64,000 nt of DNA from Octopus vulgaris (taxonomy: Eukaryota). The position numbers and the translations under genes are program-made. The stretch covers positions 49,042,001 through 49,106,000 of the forward strand of contig OX597816.1 in assembly GCA_951406725.2 (NCBI GenBank). Reading direction: 5' to 3'. Below, piece after piece: positions 42,206 to 54,624 of the stretch; position 1 is the first letter of the stretch, and each line of letters starts with the position of its first letter. The notes beneath the pieces are model-generated. The model had not been told where the DNA came from. It searched no databases and saw nothing but the letters and a program-made list of their open reading frames with translations.

Positions 42206-42288
42206 CCTGTCTGTCTGTCTGTCTGTATATCTGTCTATCTATCTAAGTTTGTATCTATCTATCTATCTATATATATATATGTTTATAT

Positions 42289-42336
<48 letters not shown>

Positions 42337-42365
42337 TTATATATGTATGCATGTATGTGTGTGTG
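41524..42365. repeat. (TCTA)n and (CCTA)n arrays surrounding a SINE
   Basis: Direct inspection. Confidence 0.95.
41598..41830 (-). mobile_element. SINE family B, full length and well preserved
   Basis: Reverse complement of 53045-53276. Confidence 0.92.
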
Positions 42366-42995
42366 TACACAAATAGATGAATGTTTATATAATTATTGTC
42401 ATCTACCCGACTGCAATTATAACCGTTTTCTCGTTGTAATCATATAACTTGTGATAGGTTTGAAGACATTCATGCATTGATCGATCCGATGTGTCTAACT
42501 ATTCTTTTGTTTGGGGTTCTTTTTTGACAAATGCAGCACATAATTTTGTTACGAATCTCACTAGTATCATCTCTGCCTTTGCGCATTTGTAAAAAAATCG
42601 TTTTGCGTCTGGGTTAGCAGTGTACCCATAGGAGTGTTGGAGCTGTGTGCATATAAGCATCTCATGTGGTTTTTCTGTTAAGGAACATTTCATGGCTTTT
42701 GAAACGTGTTTGAATCTATTGCATAAGTGTGTAAGTTGCATGTGAAATTCCGCTTGGCCGTCTGCCGTATAGAAGATCTGTACTCAACAACTTTTGGGTA
42801 TTATATCCCTCTATTTTGAAGTGAAAATCTATTTTTATGAAACTGCAGGCTCTTCTTCCTAGTTAAAGAATATCGTTCGCCATTATTCAGCCCAAGACAT
42901 TCCCGGAGAGGTGATTTCGACGGACTTAATATTGTCTTTTGTGGCGTTATGTAATACATTTTCTGGCACATACTGAAAAAGCTTACCGTGTTGTA

Positions 42996-43150
42996 ATTAT
43001 CCCTACCGAGGAAGGAGGTTATGTTTTCATCGCCGTTATTTTGCCCGTCTGTCCGTCTGTGTGCAAAATAACTCAAAAAGTTGTGAACGGTATTCGATGA
43101 AACTTGCAGGAAAAGTTTTTATGGATTCTTGAAGAATGTTTCATCTGTTA
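42996..43150 (+). mobile_element. HINE/DINE-1-like (Helentron-associated) element end
   Basis: ttatccct-ccg-ggaaggaggttatgttttc...gtctgtccgtctgt...ataactcaaaaagttgtgaacgg..gatgaaactt architecture. Confidence 0.6.
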
Positions 43151-43458
43151 TATTTACTTTACATGAAGTATTACAATGTTACGTTCTTTGATTATCTCCC
43201 TTGAAAACATGTGCATGGTTTTCACGTAATCTATGGTGGCGTTACTGTTTCCAAAGTTTTATTTTCGTTTCTCTATTAGTAATTTTACTCGCCTAACTAT
43301 CTTACTAGAAACTGATGGATAAAGAGATCAAACAACATAAACAAACGGCAGCGAAACAGTTCAGAAATTAAATGACACTAACATATTCAAGGGTTGCTAA
43401 AAGCAGCAGCAGAGGAGGAGGTAGTGGTAACAACAACTGATGCTTGACCCTTGAGGGA

Positions 43459-43604
<146 letters not shown>

Positions 43605-43779
43605 TATTCATATATACATTTATTCATACATATATATGTAAGCAATTTGGTACCGTTGATTTGTAGTCATATATCTCAAAATCGTTACTCCGAAAATCTT
43701 CAGATTCCGAACAGTTATATGGTCCTATAGTTAGAAATATTACTGAAGTAATAATTCATAAGAAAATAAGAGAAAACGT

Positions 43780-44210
43780 TGACGTGATCGTTGCCAGAGC
43801 AGCTAACTGGCTTCCATGCTGGTGGCACGTAAAAAGCACCATTCGAGCGTGATCGTTACCAGTGTTGCCTTACTGGCACTTGTGGCGGTGGCACGTGAAA
43901 AAAGAAAAAGCGAGGTCGTCGCCAGTGCTGCTGGACTGGCTCCTGTGAGGTGGAACGTAAAAAACACCGTTTGAGCGTGGCCGTTGCCAGTATCGCCTGA
44001 CTGGTCCTCGTGCCGGCGGCACGTAAAAGCACTCACTACACTCTCGGAGTGGTTGGCGTTAGGAAGGGCTTCCAGCTGTAGAAAGTCCGCCGGATAAGAT
44101 TGGAGCCTGGTGCAGCCATCTGGTTCGCCAGTCCTCAGTCAAATCGTCCAACCCATGCTAGCATGGAAAGTGGACGTTAAACGATGATGATGATGATGAT
44201 GATGATGATG
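43780..44210 (+). mobile_element. Retroposon 3' portion with about 60 bp subrepeats and an RTE-like (GAT)n tail
   Basis: Four gcacgtaaaaa/cgttgccag subrepeats, then ggttggcgttaggaaggg...ggacgttaaac(gat)n. Confidence 0.75.
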
Positions 44211-44249
44211 TTACTCTTCGATCGTGGCTGAACATGGTTCAAGAGATCC

Positions 44250-45330
44250 AACATAGGTGAATCTTTCGATGTATGCCTGTGCTCATTTGATAGCGTTTGT
44301 ATGCCTATTGATTCATATACCTTAGGTCATCTTATGAGTCAATTTAAGTCAATTAATTTAATTATTTATCGTGACGATGGTCTTGCTGTACTGAAAATAA
44401 TAACAGGCAAGCACATGTGATCCTTTTGTTCAGTATTTGTTGCTTTGGTAATTGCTAGGGCTAAAAGTCGCCATATCAACCAATATTTTCGTAAGTAACC
44501 CTTTAGATGTTGTCCTGAATCTTAGCAGTGGTTTAATGAAAATATGTAAAGTACCAACTACAATATATTCTACATCTATATATGATTATACAACCTGTCC
44601 ATGGTGTTTAGTAATTTGGGAATATCAAACCTGTCTACACAAAAATATATTTTTTTGGGACTGTCTCCTGTTACATTGAGGCATTATAATGGGTCAAAGA
44701 GTACGATAATGTTTATTTGAAACAACATTACTACCTGCTTTAGACACCCCTATAGAAAGAATTTAACGTTTTGCTTTTTACAACATCTACTCCCTCAACG
44801 TAGACACCACCAGATAAACTCATTCTAAACTTATTAGATAGCCTTCTTAAACACAAACAGACGCTTGTTCACCAGGCATGCACAAGCGTAACCACATTGT
44901 ACTTCAAAAGTGAAAAATCTTATATTACACAGACCCACAATCGCACCAGAGGTAAGTTTTACTTGCATTTGCTCCATGAAAAGTTCCTGCAGTACCAAAG
45001 CTCTTATCCGCCAAATAGATGTCTAATAATACTCTGTTTCTATTTGGTAGATGGGTAATTTCCAATTAAGAACTCAGCATGATATTGTATTCCAGAATGA
45101 CCAAAGGAAAATTTAAGTCAAGATACTATAATCACGTACCCAACTTCAGGAACATCGAAGTACAACACTCAACAGCTCTATTTAAAATTAAAAACTAAAA
45201 CTATGTAGCAATGCTATCAAAACTGCAATTTATACACTACCGAGTAAAATGTTAATACTAAAAAAACCGAGGTAATTAGATGTTTATCTGGACTACAAAT
45301 AAGAAATGCTAAGAAAATGCAAAGATGTAC
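44250..45330 (+). mobile_element. Penelope-like element relic (RT plus GIY-YIG endonuclease)
   Basis: FDVCLCSFD, IYRDDGLAV, LGLKVAISTN..LDVVLNL (RT); YSLNVDT..LILNLLD; CxC; FKSRYYNH..NFRN...STAL. Confidence 0.78.
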
Positions 45331-45998
45331 GCGAATTCATATCGTTTCTCTTTACATTTGCTTTAGTAAGGCTATTTAGTAAGATAGGAGTGAATGAGAG
45401 TGGAGGAGGAAATCTTCTCATTTACACACATAGAACATAACTTTTATTACATAAGACCCAGTTAATAGCCTGTTATGTCTTACGCAGATCATTTATCTCA
45501 ATGTGACAGAAGGACCTTCGACTAAAGAGAGCTGACAATTTCATCTGAACTTTCTGTCATATTATCTGTTTTAACATCATGAGAAATCATTCAAAGTCAA
45601 CGAGTATAAGCCTTTGGGAGATAATTTTGCCACAATATATAACCAAAGTTGTTATGAATTACACCATCAACTATGACTTATCAAGTGAGGTCAAAAAATA
45701 AATACCGACAGTTTATAAATATATGAAAATACATGGTAACCCGTTATATTTACGTAGGCTTACATTAAAGTTGAAAGACCTCTGTATTCTCCCGAGTATT
45801 CAGTCATCAGCAAACAGAATTGTTTTTTCGCTCTCAATGAATGAATTATAATATTTTAGAAAAGTTATATTGATGAAAAGAATTGCTACATTTCCTTGCA
45901 AATTAACTTATAATAACAGAAGCAGTTTCTAGCGAAGATGCTTTCATTTCTATTGTAAACGCATAAACACACAGAGACTCATACATAAACATATGTAC

Positions 45999-46051
<53 letters not shown>

Positions 46052-46061
46052 CATACATACA

Positions 46062-46097
<36 letters not shown>

Positions 46098-46999
46098 TAT
46101 ATACATATATATTTATACATACACATATATCTCGAATAAAAAATATGAAGATTGATTTCTTGGGTGCTTAATGTCGTGTCTGTCTTATAAATATTATTTA
46201 TGAGACAAGAAGTTTTACAGTTATCATAAAGCTGTCAGAATCGTTCTTGTTCCTGCTACTTACTAGTTTTCATTATCTTTCTGATTAAACTTCAGATTAC
46301 TGTTAAAGGTCATTCAGACAAGGAACAATACTAACATTTATGAAAGTAAATGTAATGTTAAAATGTTTGTGTCTCTCTAAAAGTGATTAGCATATAAAAT
46401 CAGATGAAATATCTTACTTGTAATGAAATGAAACTAACGAAAACAGAAATGCGTACTGGATTTTCCAGAGTGGCAAGTCTACAGCAATTGTAGAGAAAGA
46501 TGTGTAAGACAAAATAAAAGAACCTGTTATGTGAAATTGTAAAATAAGAATACAGATCACAAAGGAATATCCAGCGGATTTAAGATAATGTGTTTTTGCA
46601 ATTAATAAAAGAAACTGAATCGGCGAGCAATAATCATATGCATAGTAATATGGTAGACTTGAATGAAATCTGCAAAGGGTTATGTAATAAATTTTAAGTA
46701 ACATTTGAATAAGAATCTTTGAGAGTATAATGTTAAAAATAATTCACAGCATGGTTGTTATACGAATTCAAAAGCGAACCGTTTTCATCATCATAACTGG
46801 GTCAAATGTTTGAAATGAGAATTGAGAAGCAATAATGATATAAAATAATATTAAATATGTGTGTAATATATAAGAAAAACTATGCATTTCCATAATAAGT
46901 GTGAAATATAATCAACGCAAGAACATGTATAAAGGACAGTGTTCATGATCATCAATATGTCAAATGTGTGGCTGCCAGAAATTCTGTATAATATACAAA

Positions 47000-47670
47000 T
47001 ATTTATAGCAAAGTGAGAGCATCTTGCAGTGGAGCCATGACAACCTTGTTTCTTTTAATTGACCCTGCCACCACAGAACCCAGGTACCAGTCATATCAAT
47101 GAAACACCACCACACTACATATTACTAAGCAAGAGTGGCACTCAGGTAGAGATCTCATGGCTACTTTAAATGCTAGACTTCATTATCACCAGGGATCTAT
47201 CTCAGCGAAATCACATCATTAGCACAACGAGAACCACAAACAAAAGACTGCCTCTTCTTTTCATGGCCAGACAATATTTCAAATCTTAGCATTTGCCGAC
47301 CCTCTACAAGGCTCACGCTGAAATGTTGTTCCCACATCTGGGACCGTGTTGTTCTTACGCTCAAGGATATCCCGGAGCTGCATCCTGGGAGCTGTCTCTC
47401 TACTAAGTGGAACTCAATCATCCTGAACATGGCCCAGCCTCAGACCTTCAGACCTGTTTCCTCTTTTCGATTATTTTGTCTCTACTTCTGTAGCCTCTGT
47501 TCCTCGGACCTGGTCTCGTACCTTCACCACTCAGGTACTCCACCCCACTTGTATTTCCACCTTATATTTGGTACATTTAACTACCTTAACTCTGCAGTAA
47601 TCACTATGCTCAAGCCTCTCTTCCCAGAATACTGGCCATCTGGTATCTATGGAAATGTCTATGCTGAGTA
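47000..47670 (+). mobile_element. CR1/Jockey-like LINE 3' fragment
   Basis: ARQYF...PTLYKAH..LKCCSHIWD and VSSFRLFCLYFCSLCSSDL motifs. Confidence 0.7.
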
Positions 47671-47689
47671 AAAAGCCTATTTAAAGACC

Positions 47690-48478
47690 TCAAATATGAA
47701 CGCACATATGCAAGAAGGAATCCAATACTTTTCAAAAGCAATGATGCCAAAAGCCTAAACTGGTCTACACTTATGTAAAAGAAAGGAAAATTTTGGTTAT
47801 CAATAATATAGTCGAACGAAAGTAAATTCTGCCAATTTTCCAATTCATTGTGCAAAAAATTGAAACACGGGAACCAGATTGTTTGCAAGCAACATTTAAA
47901 TATAGAAGAGATGAAGTTATCGTATGAGGAACTGTTTGAGTAATAAGCAAATAAGAGTTAACTTTTTATGCAAAACATCTAAATGTCGAAAGTTAGAGAA
48001 AAATATTTGAAACAAATCTACTATGTATCTATTCCAATGTAAGATCTGGTAAACAAAACACTTTTCAAGAATCTGGAATTATCTTCAGAGCAAGCAAGAT
48101 ATGATAAAAAACTAAGAAGCAAATTAGAGAAAAAATCTAAGAAGCAAATCTCTGAAATGGGTTTCTCAAAGCCCTTTCTTAATGAATACATTATAGGAAC
48201 ATCCTGATAGAAAATGTGCAAGCAAGGTCGAAAATGAAATCAATTACTGAGCTCAAGGAAACATTGACCGAAGAGTGGAGAAACGCAGATTACACACTCC
48301 TTGATAATTTAATAAAATCCGTAGCTAAGAGGGAGAACATCGTGACATTGACTGGAAAAGGACCCCCAAAATACTGAGACAAATATACATTCATCTTTCA
48401 AATATTTCAGGAAGTCCTTGCAAGTTTAATTGCAATATTAATTATACTGGCTATATACACTTATTGTAGGACACTGTA
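47690..48478 (+). mobile_element. Tc1-like transposase relic with right TIR
   Basis: ARRNPIL..W..SNESKF; EWVSQSPFLN; ELKETLTEEW..LIKSV...PKY*; ends ...gacactg-TA. Confidence 0.78.
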
Positions 48479-48958
48479 TATTTTAAAATCTGACACGTAT
48501 TTCAGCATGATTTGCTTAAAAGGTGGATCTCTTATTCATAAGTAGTATACAGAATAGCATTTACTGAAAAGCCATGCTGAAGTGACCACAAATCTAAATA
48601 TTTTCCTCAGATAATTCAAGCACATGTCATTCAACCTTAGGCACACCACACATTAGCTGATTCTTAACAACGTGTCTAAATCAGTGTTGTTATCACCGCC
48701 ATAGCAAAGCTGGAATGGAAGAACAAACATGCAAACATTCTCTCTCTTTACCTTCTCAGAATATTCAAATGGTTACAAAATCATACACATCATATATACA
48801 CCTTAATACTAGCAATTCTCCTTCAAATATTGATTTTGCTCTGACTGCTTGCGTAACTTTCTAGCGTAAACTTTTATTGTTAAATACTGAAAAAAGAAAC
48901 AAAACGAACAACGAATCTCATATTTCCTGTTTTCTTCACGATATTTTCTTTCTTTTAG

Positions 48959-49107
48959 AAACAATCTCTAATATGCTGCATATTTGAAAGTAAAAATAGT
49001 CAAGAAAAAGCTGCCCCTTTATTGCCCGACCTGCCTCTGGTAAACCAAGCTAAAACAGCCCTTCAGCAGATGGAAAATGTAAATTTATTTAAATCCTGTG
49101 ATTCCAG
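48959..49107 (+). CDS. INTU: Inturned exon (149 nt)
   Basis: ttctttcttttAG / CAG|GTAAAT; phase 0 to 2; KQSLICCIFESKNSQEKAAPLLPDLPLVNQAKTALQQME resembles human [40 protein letters not shown]. Confidence 0.9.
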
Positions 49108-49689
49108 GTAAATATATTGAATATGATATATATTCTAATTTACGCTTTTCATTCATTTAATTTTCTCTTGCGCATGCTACATATTTAACAAGCTAATTTC
49201 TTTGCTTCATTTTATCATGTTAATTCTATATTTCCGCACAAACTGCCAGTTAAACCTGTAATAGTAAGAGCTGACTTGAGGCAATAAAACTTTAATTTCA
49301 CAGCTCTAAAGAATGATATCAAGACGATTAAGGACTGATATTTTGTATTGTCAGCAAAGGAGTTTCATAGAAATATACTAAATAAATCATACACATGTAA
49401 ATAAATACAATAGGATTATTTTATAGTCTGTGTGTTCAATAACTAAATTAGCAGATACAGATATGTGTGTATAATTCACGAACGGACTGAAGATACCTAG
49501 AAGATTTCATTGTTAACCCCTCAGAACTCTGTTTCATGGAAGTCATAATAAGAATTCAGCTTGGTACCAGACATTTCATATTCTTCAAATTATTTTCCAT
49601 CACACATACATAGGGCAACTGATAAAGTTTTCCTCGTTAGTTCATAATTGTATGCCAAAAGGATTTCAAAAACGTTTATATACGTTCAC

Positions 49690-50464
49690 TGATGAATAAG
49701 CATCCGGACTGTTGGCATAATCACGAAGCTAAAACATGCAGAGTGACGCCGCTCGGCACAGATTCATCTTAAACTCTGCTGTGCATGCGCACTAAGTTTT
49801 AACATTCTATCTCGCTTCTGCTGTTAACAACAATGCTTGGAAGGAACGTGTGTAGCGTGTGATCGTTGCATTGACCAAGACAGAGAAAATGAAGCAAAGA
49901 ATCTGCATCAAATTTTGCCAAAAGATACCGGCTCAGAGGCCTACGCAAAGTTTTCAAAAACTTTTCATCGTTCTCGACACAATCAAGATCTTGTGCAACT
50001 GAAACCCGAGTGTCTTCTTACACAGCTGAAAGCAGTTTTAGCACAAACTTGGCAGACACGTGTCTCATACACGAATCTTCAGTGATAATGGACTGAACTG
50101 AACCGTAATTAATCTGTACATCATCTGATAACTCATGGATGGTGATTCGACGATTTCTCCTCACAGCTGCACGCACATCTGCAACGTTTTTCTCTGTTCT
50201 GCTGGTTGCGGCTTTCCCAGAACGTTCATCAATATCAACATTTTTTCGACCATCTTGAAACTGTCTGAACCACTCATACACTCATGTGTCGCTCATACAC
50301 TCCTCTCCATACGCTTTCTGCTACTTTGTGTAGACCTCTGAGCAGGTATCGCCATGCCAACTTTCTCTGTCGTTGCCAATGCGACGATCACTCGCTACAC
50401 ACGTTCCTTCCAAGCAGTGTTTTAAACAACGGAAGTAAAACTTGGTGCGCATGCACACCAGAGT
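49690..50464. mobile_element. Mariner-derived non-autonomous element with two inverted 5' ends
   Basis: Minus ORF 50018-50281 YEWFRQFQDGRKNVDIDERSG...RRITIHELS..MRHVSAKFV is a mariner HTH region; 49775-49950 is inverted relative to 50330-50464. Confidence 0.85.
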
Positions 50465-50475
50465 AGAGTCCAAGA

Positions 50476-50549
50476 TCAAAATTGTAAAAATAAAAAAAAA
50501 CACAATAATAAAAGACGGGAAAACCAGACCATATTTTAACTTTATTCAA

Positions 50550-50589
<40 letters not shown>

Positions 50590-51030
50590 TTTGAATAAAG
50601 TTAAAATATGGTCTGGTTTTTCCCGTTGTTTATTATTGTATTTAAAAAAAATATTTACAATTTTGAAGTGTGTTGAACACTAAAAAAATATTTTGTAATG
50701 TTCATAAAGTTCAATGTTTTGAAATACAGTTAGAATGTTGGTGAAAACAGTTTTCCAAAAGATCAGCTTGTTGGAGCCTTTTAAGAGGTATAAAAAGGGA
50801 AAAGTCAGTCATTTTACTACAGCTCTCAAGAACACAACTGTCAGTTAAATGCATTTTGAAATCTGATGATTACTACGAATGCTTGAAAACGCTAATTGAA
50901 CTTTATGAATATCATAAAATATTTTTTTTTTCATATTTAACACACTTCAAAATTGTAAAATTTTTTTAAAAAATACAATAATAAAAAACGTCAAAACCAA
51001 ATCATGTTTTAACTGATATATTCAACTGAA
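50476..51030. mobile_element. MITE (50587-51030) plus an extra TIR arm (50476-50551) across (TA)n
   Basis: cagtttgaataaagttaaaatatggtctgg... is mirrored both to the left and at 50895-51030. Confidence 0.78.
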
Positions 51031-51061
51031 ATATTATTCTATACATATTTGCACAAATTCG

Positions 51062-51133
<72 letters not shown>

Positions 51134-51476
51134 AAATTAATAACTATCTGGAAAACAGAGATTTACATAAACAGGTTTTATTATACAGTTAAACACATCA
51201 TTCTTTGTCAGTGCCTACACGTTTCCCCGTTGCAAGCTGGTGAGCATTCCAAATTCTGAATATTGGTGTACCACACTCTGTATAGTAAATTCAACTAAAT
51301 GGAGTTCATCTACATTCACTGAACACGTAGCCAGCATTGTAAAAGAAGTTTTAGAATTATAAAATTATAAACAAAATAAAAATCTATAAATATTTAATAA
51401 ATGATAAACATAAATAAAGTGATTTTGTAAAAAATGGTCCGATGACAGTGAAATAGATAGTTAACTGTGGAACACC

Positions 51477-51477
<1 letters not shown>

Positions 51478-51519
<42 letters not shown>

Positions 51520-51536
51520 TTCTCTCTCACACACAA

Positions 51537-51570
<34 letters not shown>

Positions 51571-51803
51571 TTACATATATGTGCATATATATAGAGATAC
51601 ATATACATACATACATACTTATAGACACATACACACACACATACATATATATACACACATACATATACATACATATACATATATATATATATACATATAT
51701 ACATACATGTATATATATATGTACACTTAGACACACACATATATATATATATATACGTACATATATGTACACTCACCGACATCTCTCTCTCTCTCTCTCT
51801 CTC
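51478..51803. repeat. Compound (TA)n/(CA)n/(CT)n microsatellite
   Basis: Direct inspection. Confidence 0.95.
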
Positions 51804-51971
51804 TCCATTTTTCTTCACACGTTTATTACTGTTCTTATTTGTACTCCTGTCCATTTTCTGGAAATCTTTCTTCAGCGACACTTTTCATTCCGGGTGTGCT
51901 CTTGTTCCACTTACTCCATTCTGTTCTTCTATGATGTCTTACGTGTCTTCAAACTTGATTAATCTTCTATT

Positions 51972-52054
51972 ATTCCTGATGAAGGGGACATGTGCATGTG
52001 AATCTAAATGATTCATACCTACTGACTACTGGAGTCCAGAAACGGCCGACGAAT
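51972..52054 (+). ncRNA. Type I hammerhead-like motif, probably inactivated
   Basis: auuc-CUGAUGA-a-ggggac...gucc-a-GAAA-cggccg-AC-gaau; stem I auuc/gaau; palindromic CGGCCG; the GUC site reads GAC. Confidence 0.55.
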
Positions 52055-52559
52055 TGCTTCATATTGACGTTATAACTCTCTATTAAACATCTTCTTCGGA
52101 ACTCCTCTAAACTTTTAAATCCATAATTAGGATTTCCTACTACTAGCGATGCATTTTATAACTTTTAATCTTTATTTCAATGTCTTTTAACCTTAAATTC
52201 AAATTTACTATGATTTTTAATCGATATAGTAACCTTTATTTATTTACCCTTTCCATGTACATTTTTACCTCTTATTTCTTTTTAAATATATTAATATGTT
52301 CCTTGTCTTGTTATAATTTTATGTTATATCTATGTATGTATTTATGTATTTATTATGTTGATGTATATCATAAATATATTATGATTATCTAAATTTTTGT
52401 CTCTTCTAATATCAAGTTACATAATATATATATATTTCGAGACGCATAAATTATAATAGTTATATATATGTTTCGAGACGCATAAATTATAATAGTTATC
52501 GACAATTTTTTTGTTTCGGCATATTTGGCATTAGAATTTTTCTTCTGCCCTTATCTTGT

Positions 52560-52621
<62 letters not shown>

Positions 52622-52791
52622 CATACATTGCTGTGTTTGTGTGTGTGCATACTTATATGTATGTGTGTGCATGCTTATATGTTTGAGTTTTGAAATGTGT
52701 GTGTACATATATAAATATTATTTCAATATAATACTGATTAATCGCATTGTAAAATAATAATCTGTACCCAAAACATCTAATGTGTTTTTAG

Positions 52792-52922
52792 GTTGCGTTC
52801 TACCAAAGATTCTCTTCTTGGTGATCCTGATGTATTTCTTGTGTATCTGGAAAGTTCTAAGGTAGCAAAGATGGAAAATACTGGACATTTTGTGCTACAA
52901 AGTTCTCATACTAGTTTGGGTG
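52792..52922 (+). CDS. INTU: Inturned exon (131 nt)
   Basis: gtgtttttAG / GTG|GTAAGT; phase 2 to 1, compatible with both neighbours; open frame LRSTKDSLLGDPDVFLVYLESSKVAKMENTGHFVLQSSHTSLG. Confidence 0.8.
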
Positions 52923-53044
52923 GTAAGTACTCTTACTCTTTCATTGGCTACGTCGTTACGCTTTGACCATACAGCAACACCACCTCCATCGGTTTATATT
53001 ATCGTTTCGTTTCTAACACTTATTTTCTTCTCCTATTTATTTTA

Positions 53045-53276
53045 AGGCGGCGAGCTGGCAGAATCGGTAGCATGCCGGGCGAAATACTTAGCGGTATTTC
53101 GTCTGCTGTTACGTTCTGAGTTCAAATTCCGCCGCGGTCGATTTTGCCTTTCATCCTTTCGGGGTCGATAAATTAAGTACCAGTTACTCACTTGGGTCGA
53201 TGTAATCGACTTAATACCTTTGTCTGTCCTTGTTTGTCCCCTCTATGTTTAGCCCCCTGTGGGCAATAAAAAAAAT
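53045..53276 (+). mobile_element. SINE family B, full length
   Basis: ggcggcgagctggcagaa...gagttcaaattcc (B-box-like)...gcctttcatcctttcggggtcgataaattaagtacc. Confidence 0.92.
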
Positions 53277-53317
53277 TATTTTATCGGTTTCCATTTGTTT
53301 GCTATTTAGTATACATT

Positions 53318-53373
53318 TGTCTGTCCTTGTTTGTCTCCTCTGTGTTTAGCCCCTTGTGGGTAGTAAAGAAATA
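53318..53373 (+). mobile_element. 5'-truncated SINE family B tail with 15 bp TSD
   Basis: Flanked by TATTTAGTATACATT at 53303-53317 and 53374-53388. Confidence 0.8.
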
Positions 53374-53488
53374 TATTTAGTATACATTAAATAAATACAT
53401 TACCAACAATTCCTACATATATATTCAAGGCATTTTCGTCATTCCCGTTGGTCAAATTCCTCTTACGAAGTATTGGTTTACCTGAGAT

Positions 53489-53772
53489 CATGGGCCCGAG
53501 AACAGGGGGTGCAGGAGTGCGAGTGCACCCTATAAATATTTCGTGGCGTGAAAAATCAAAATTTGTATCCCTACTTACTTTTCTCAGGTTTAGAAAACAA
53601 TGAATAGACAGTGATCTGTAAAAAGTAGCTCGAAGTTAGATTTCTTCTAAAAAAAACAAAAAACAAAAAAAAAAAACAAAGAAAAAATAAATAAAGGCAG
53701 TAAGATCTTGTTTGTAAAATTTTTTGGACCTGGGTTTGGACCCGCCAAGCAAATTTCGTTCCTGAGCCAGTG
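53489..53772. mobile_element. hAT-type MITE with 8 bp TSD
   Basis: CCTGAGAT direct repeats at 53481-53488 and 53773-53780; imperfect TIR catgggcccgagaac / gttcctgagccagtg. Confidence 0.82.
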
Positions 53773-54624
53773 CCTGAGATAGTTCTTGACTGTTGAGTCG
53801 AAAACTATCTGTTTATGATGCCAACCTCTTACCCAGTAACAGATGATTTATAAAGAAAATACAATGATTAAATGAGATACGATGGTTGAGATGTTGAGTG
53901 TCTTAGGGAATGATATTTCTAATACAACGAATGAATGGTTTGAGATTTCACTGGTTAGAGACAAAATAACATGTATCGAACACCATAGTGTAGAGTCAGA
54001 GCAATCTGCTCTGTGAGAGCGCAATATGAGGGTTTCCACACGCAACTATTCCAGCGGCAAGAAATATCAATCGATTTCCCCTAAAAATGATATATATAAT
54101 CTAAAATATGAAGTCCTGTTCCAATAAAATATTCTATAGTCCCGATTAGAACACATTTAGCCATATATCCATGGAGTTTGTCTGAAACGAACTAACCACC
54201 ACAAGAGAGACTAAGGGGTTTTTTAGCTTTTAAAAGGTGATACTTCGGACGTCTTTTGAACGAACCACCTATAAAAAGAGAATAACTCAGTCTAAATACA
54301 TCGAGAAACATTTAACTCAAGCGTGAGGAAGAGTTTATCAGGATGTATGACCTTAGAAATATGTACATCTGTTTATATCACATGTACGAATCATTTTGAT
54401 AAGGCAGTTGTTAGTGTAAAGAGATGAATACCGTTAAAATAAACATCAGAGTTCAATGTCCAGTGATTTTGATCTTAAAAATGTATCGGTATGAAACGCA
54501 CTGACAGATCTTGTACCTGTAATTTGTTTGTTTGTTCATAATAATTTTGTATCTAGTTTTAAGAGGTTCATATATCATAGATTTATTCCTTCAATGATAA
54601 TCCTCATTTACAATATACTTTATA

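Noticed and set aside
43780-44035. Regularly spaced repeats resembling a CRISPR array
   Set aside because: The units are diverged tandem subrepeats without unique spacers, in a eukaryotic retroposon with no cas genes
44804-44951. Candidate INTU exon
   Set aside because: Phase-incompatible; exons ending 33215 and starting 48959 join directly by homology; the sequence is Penelope-like
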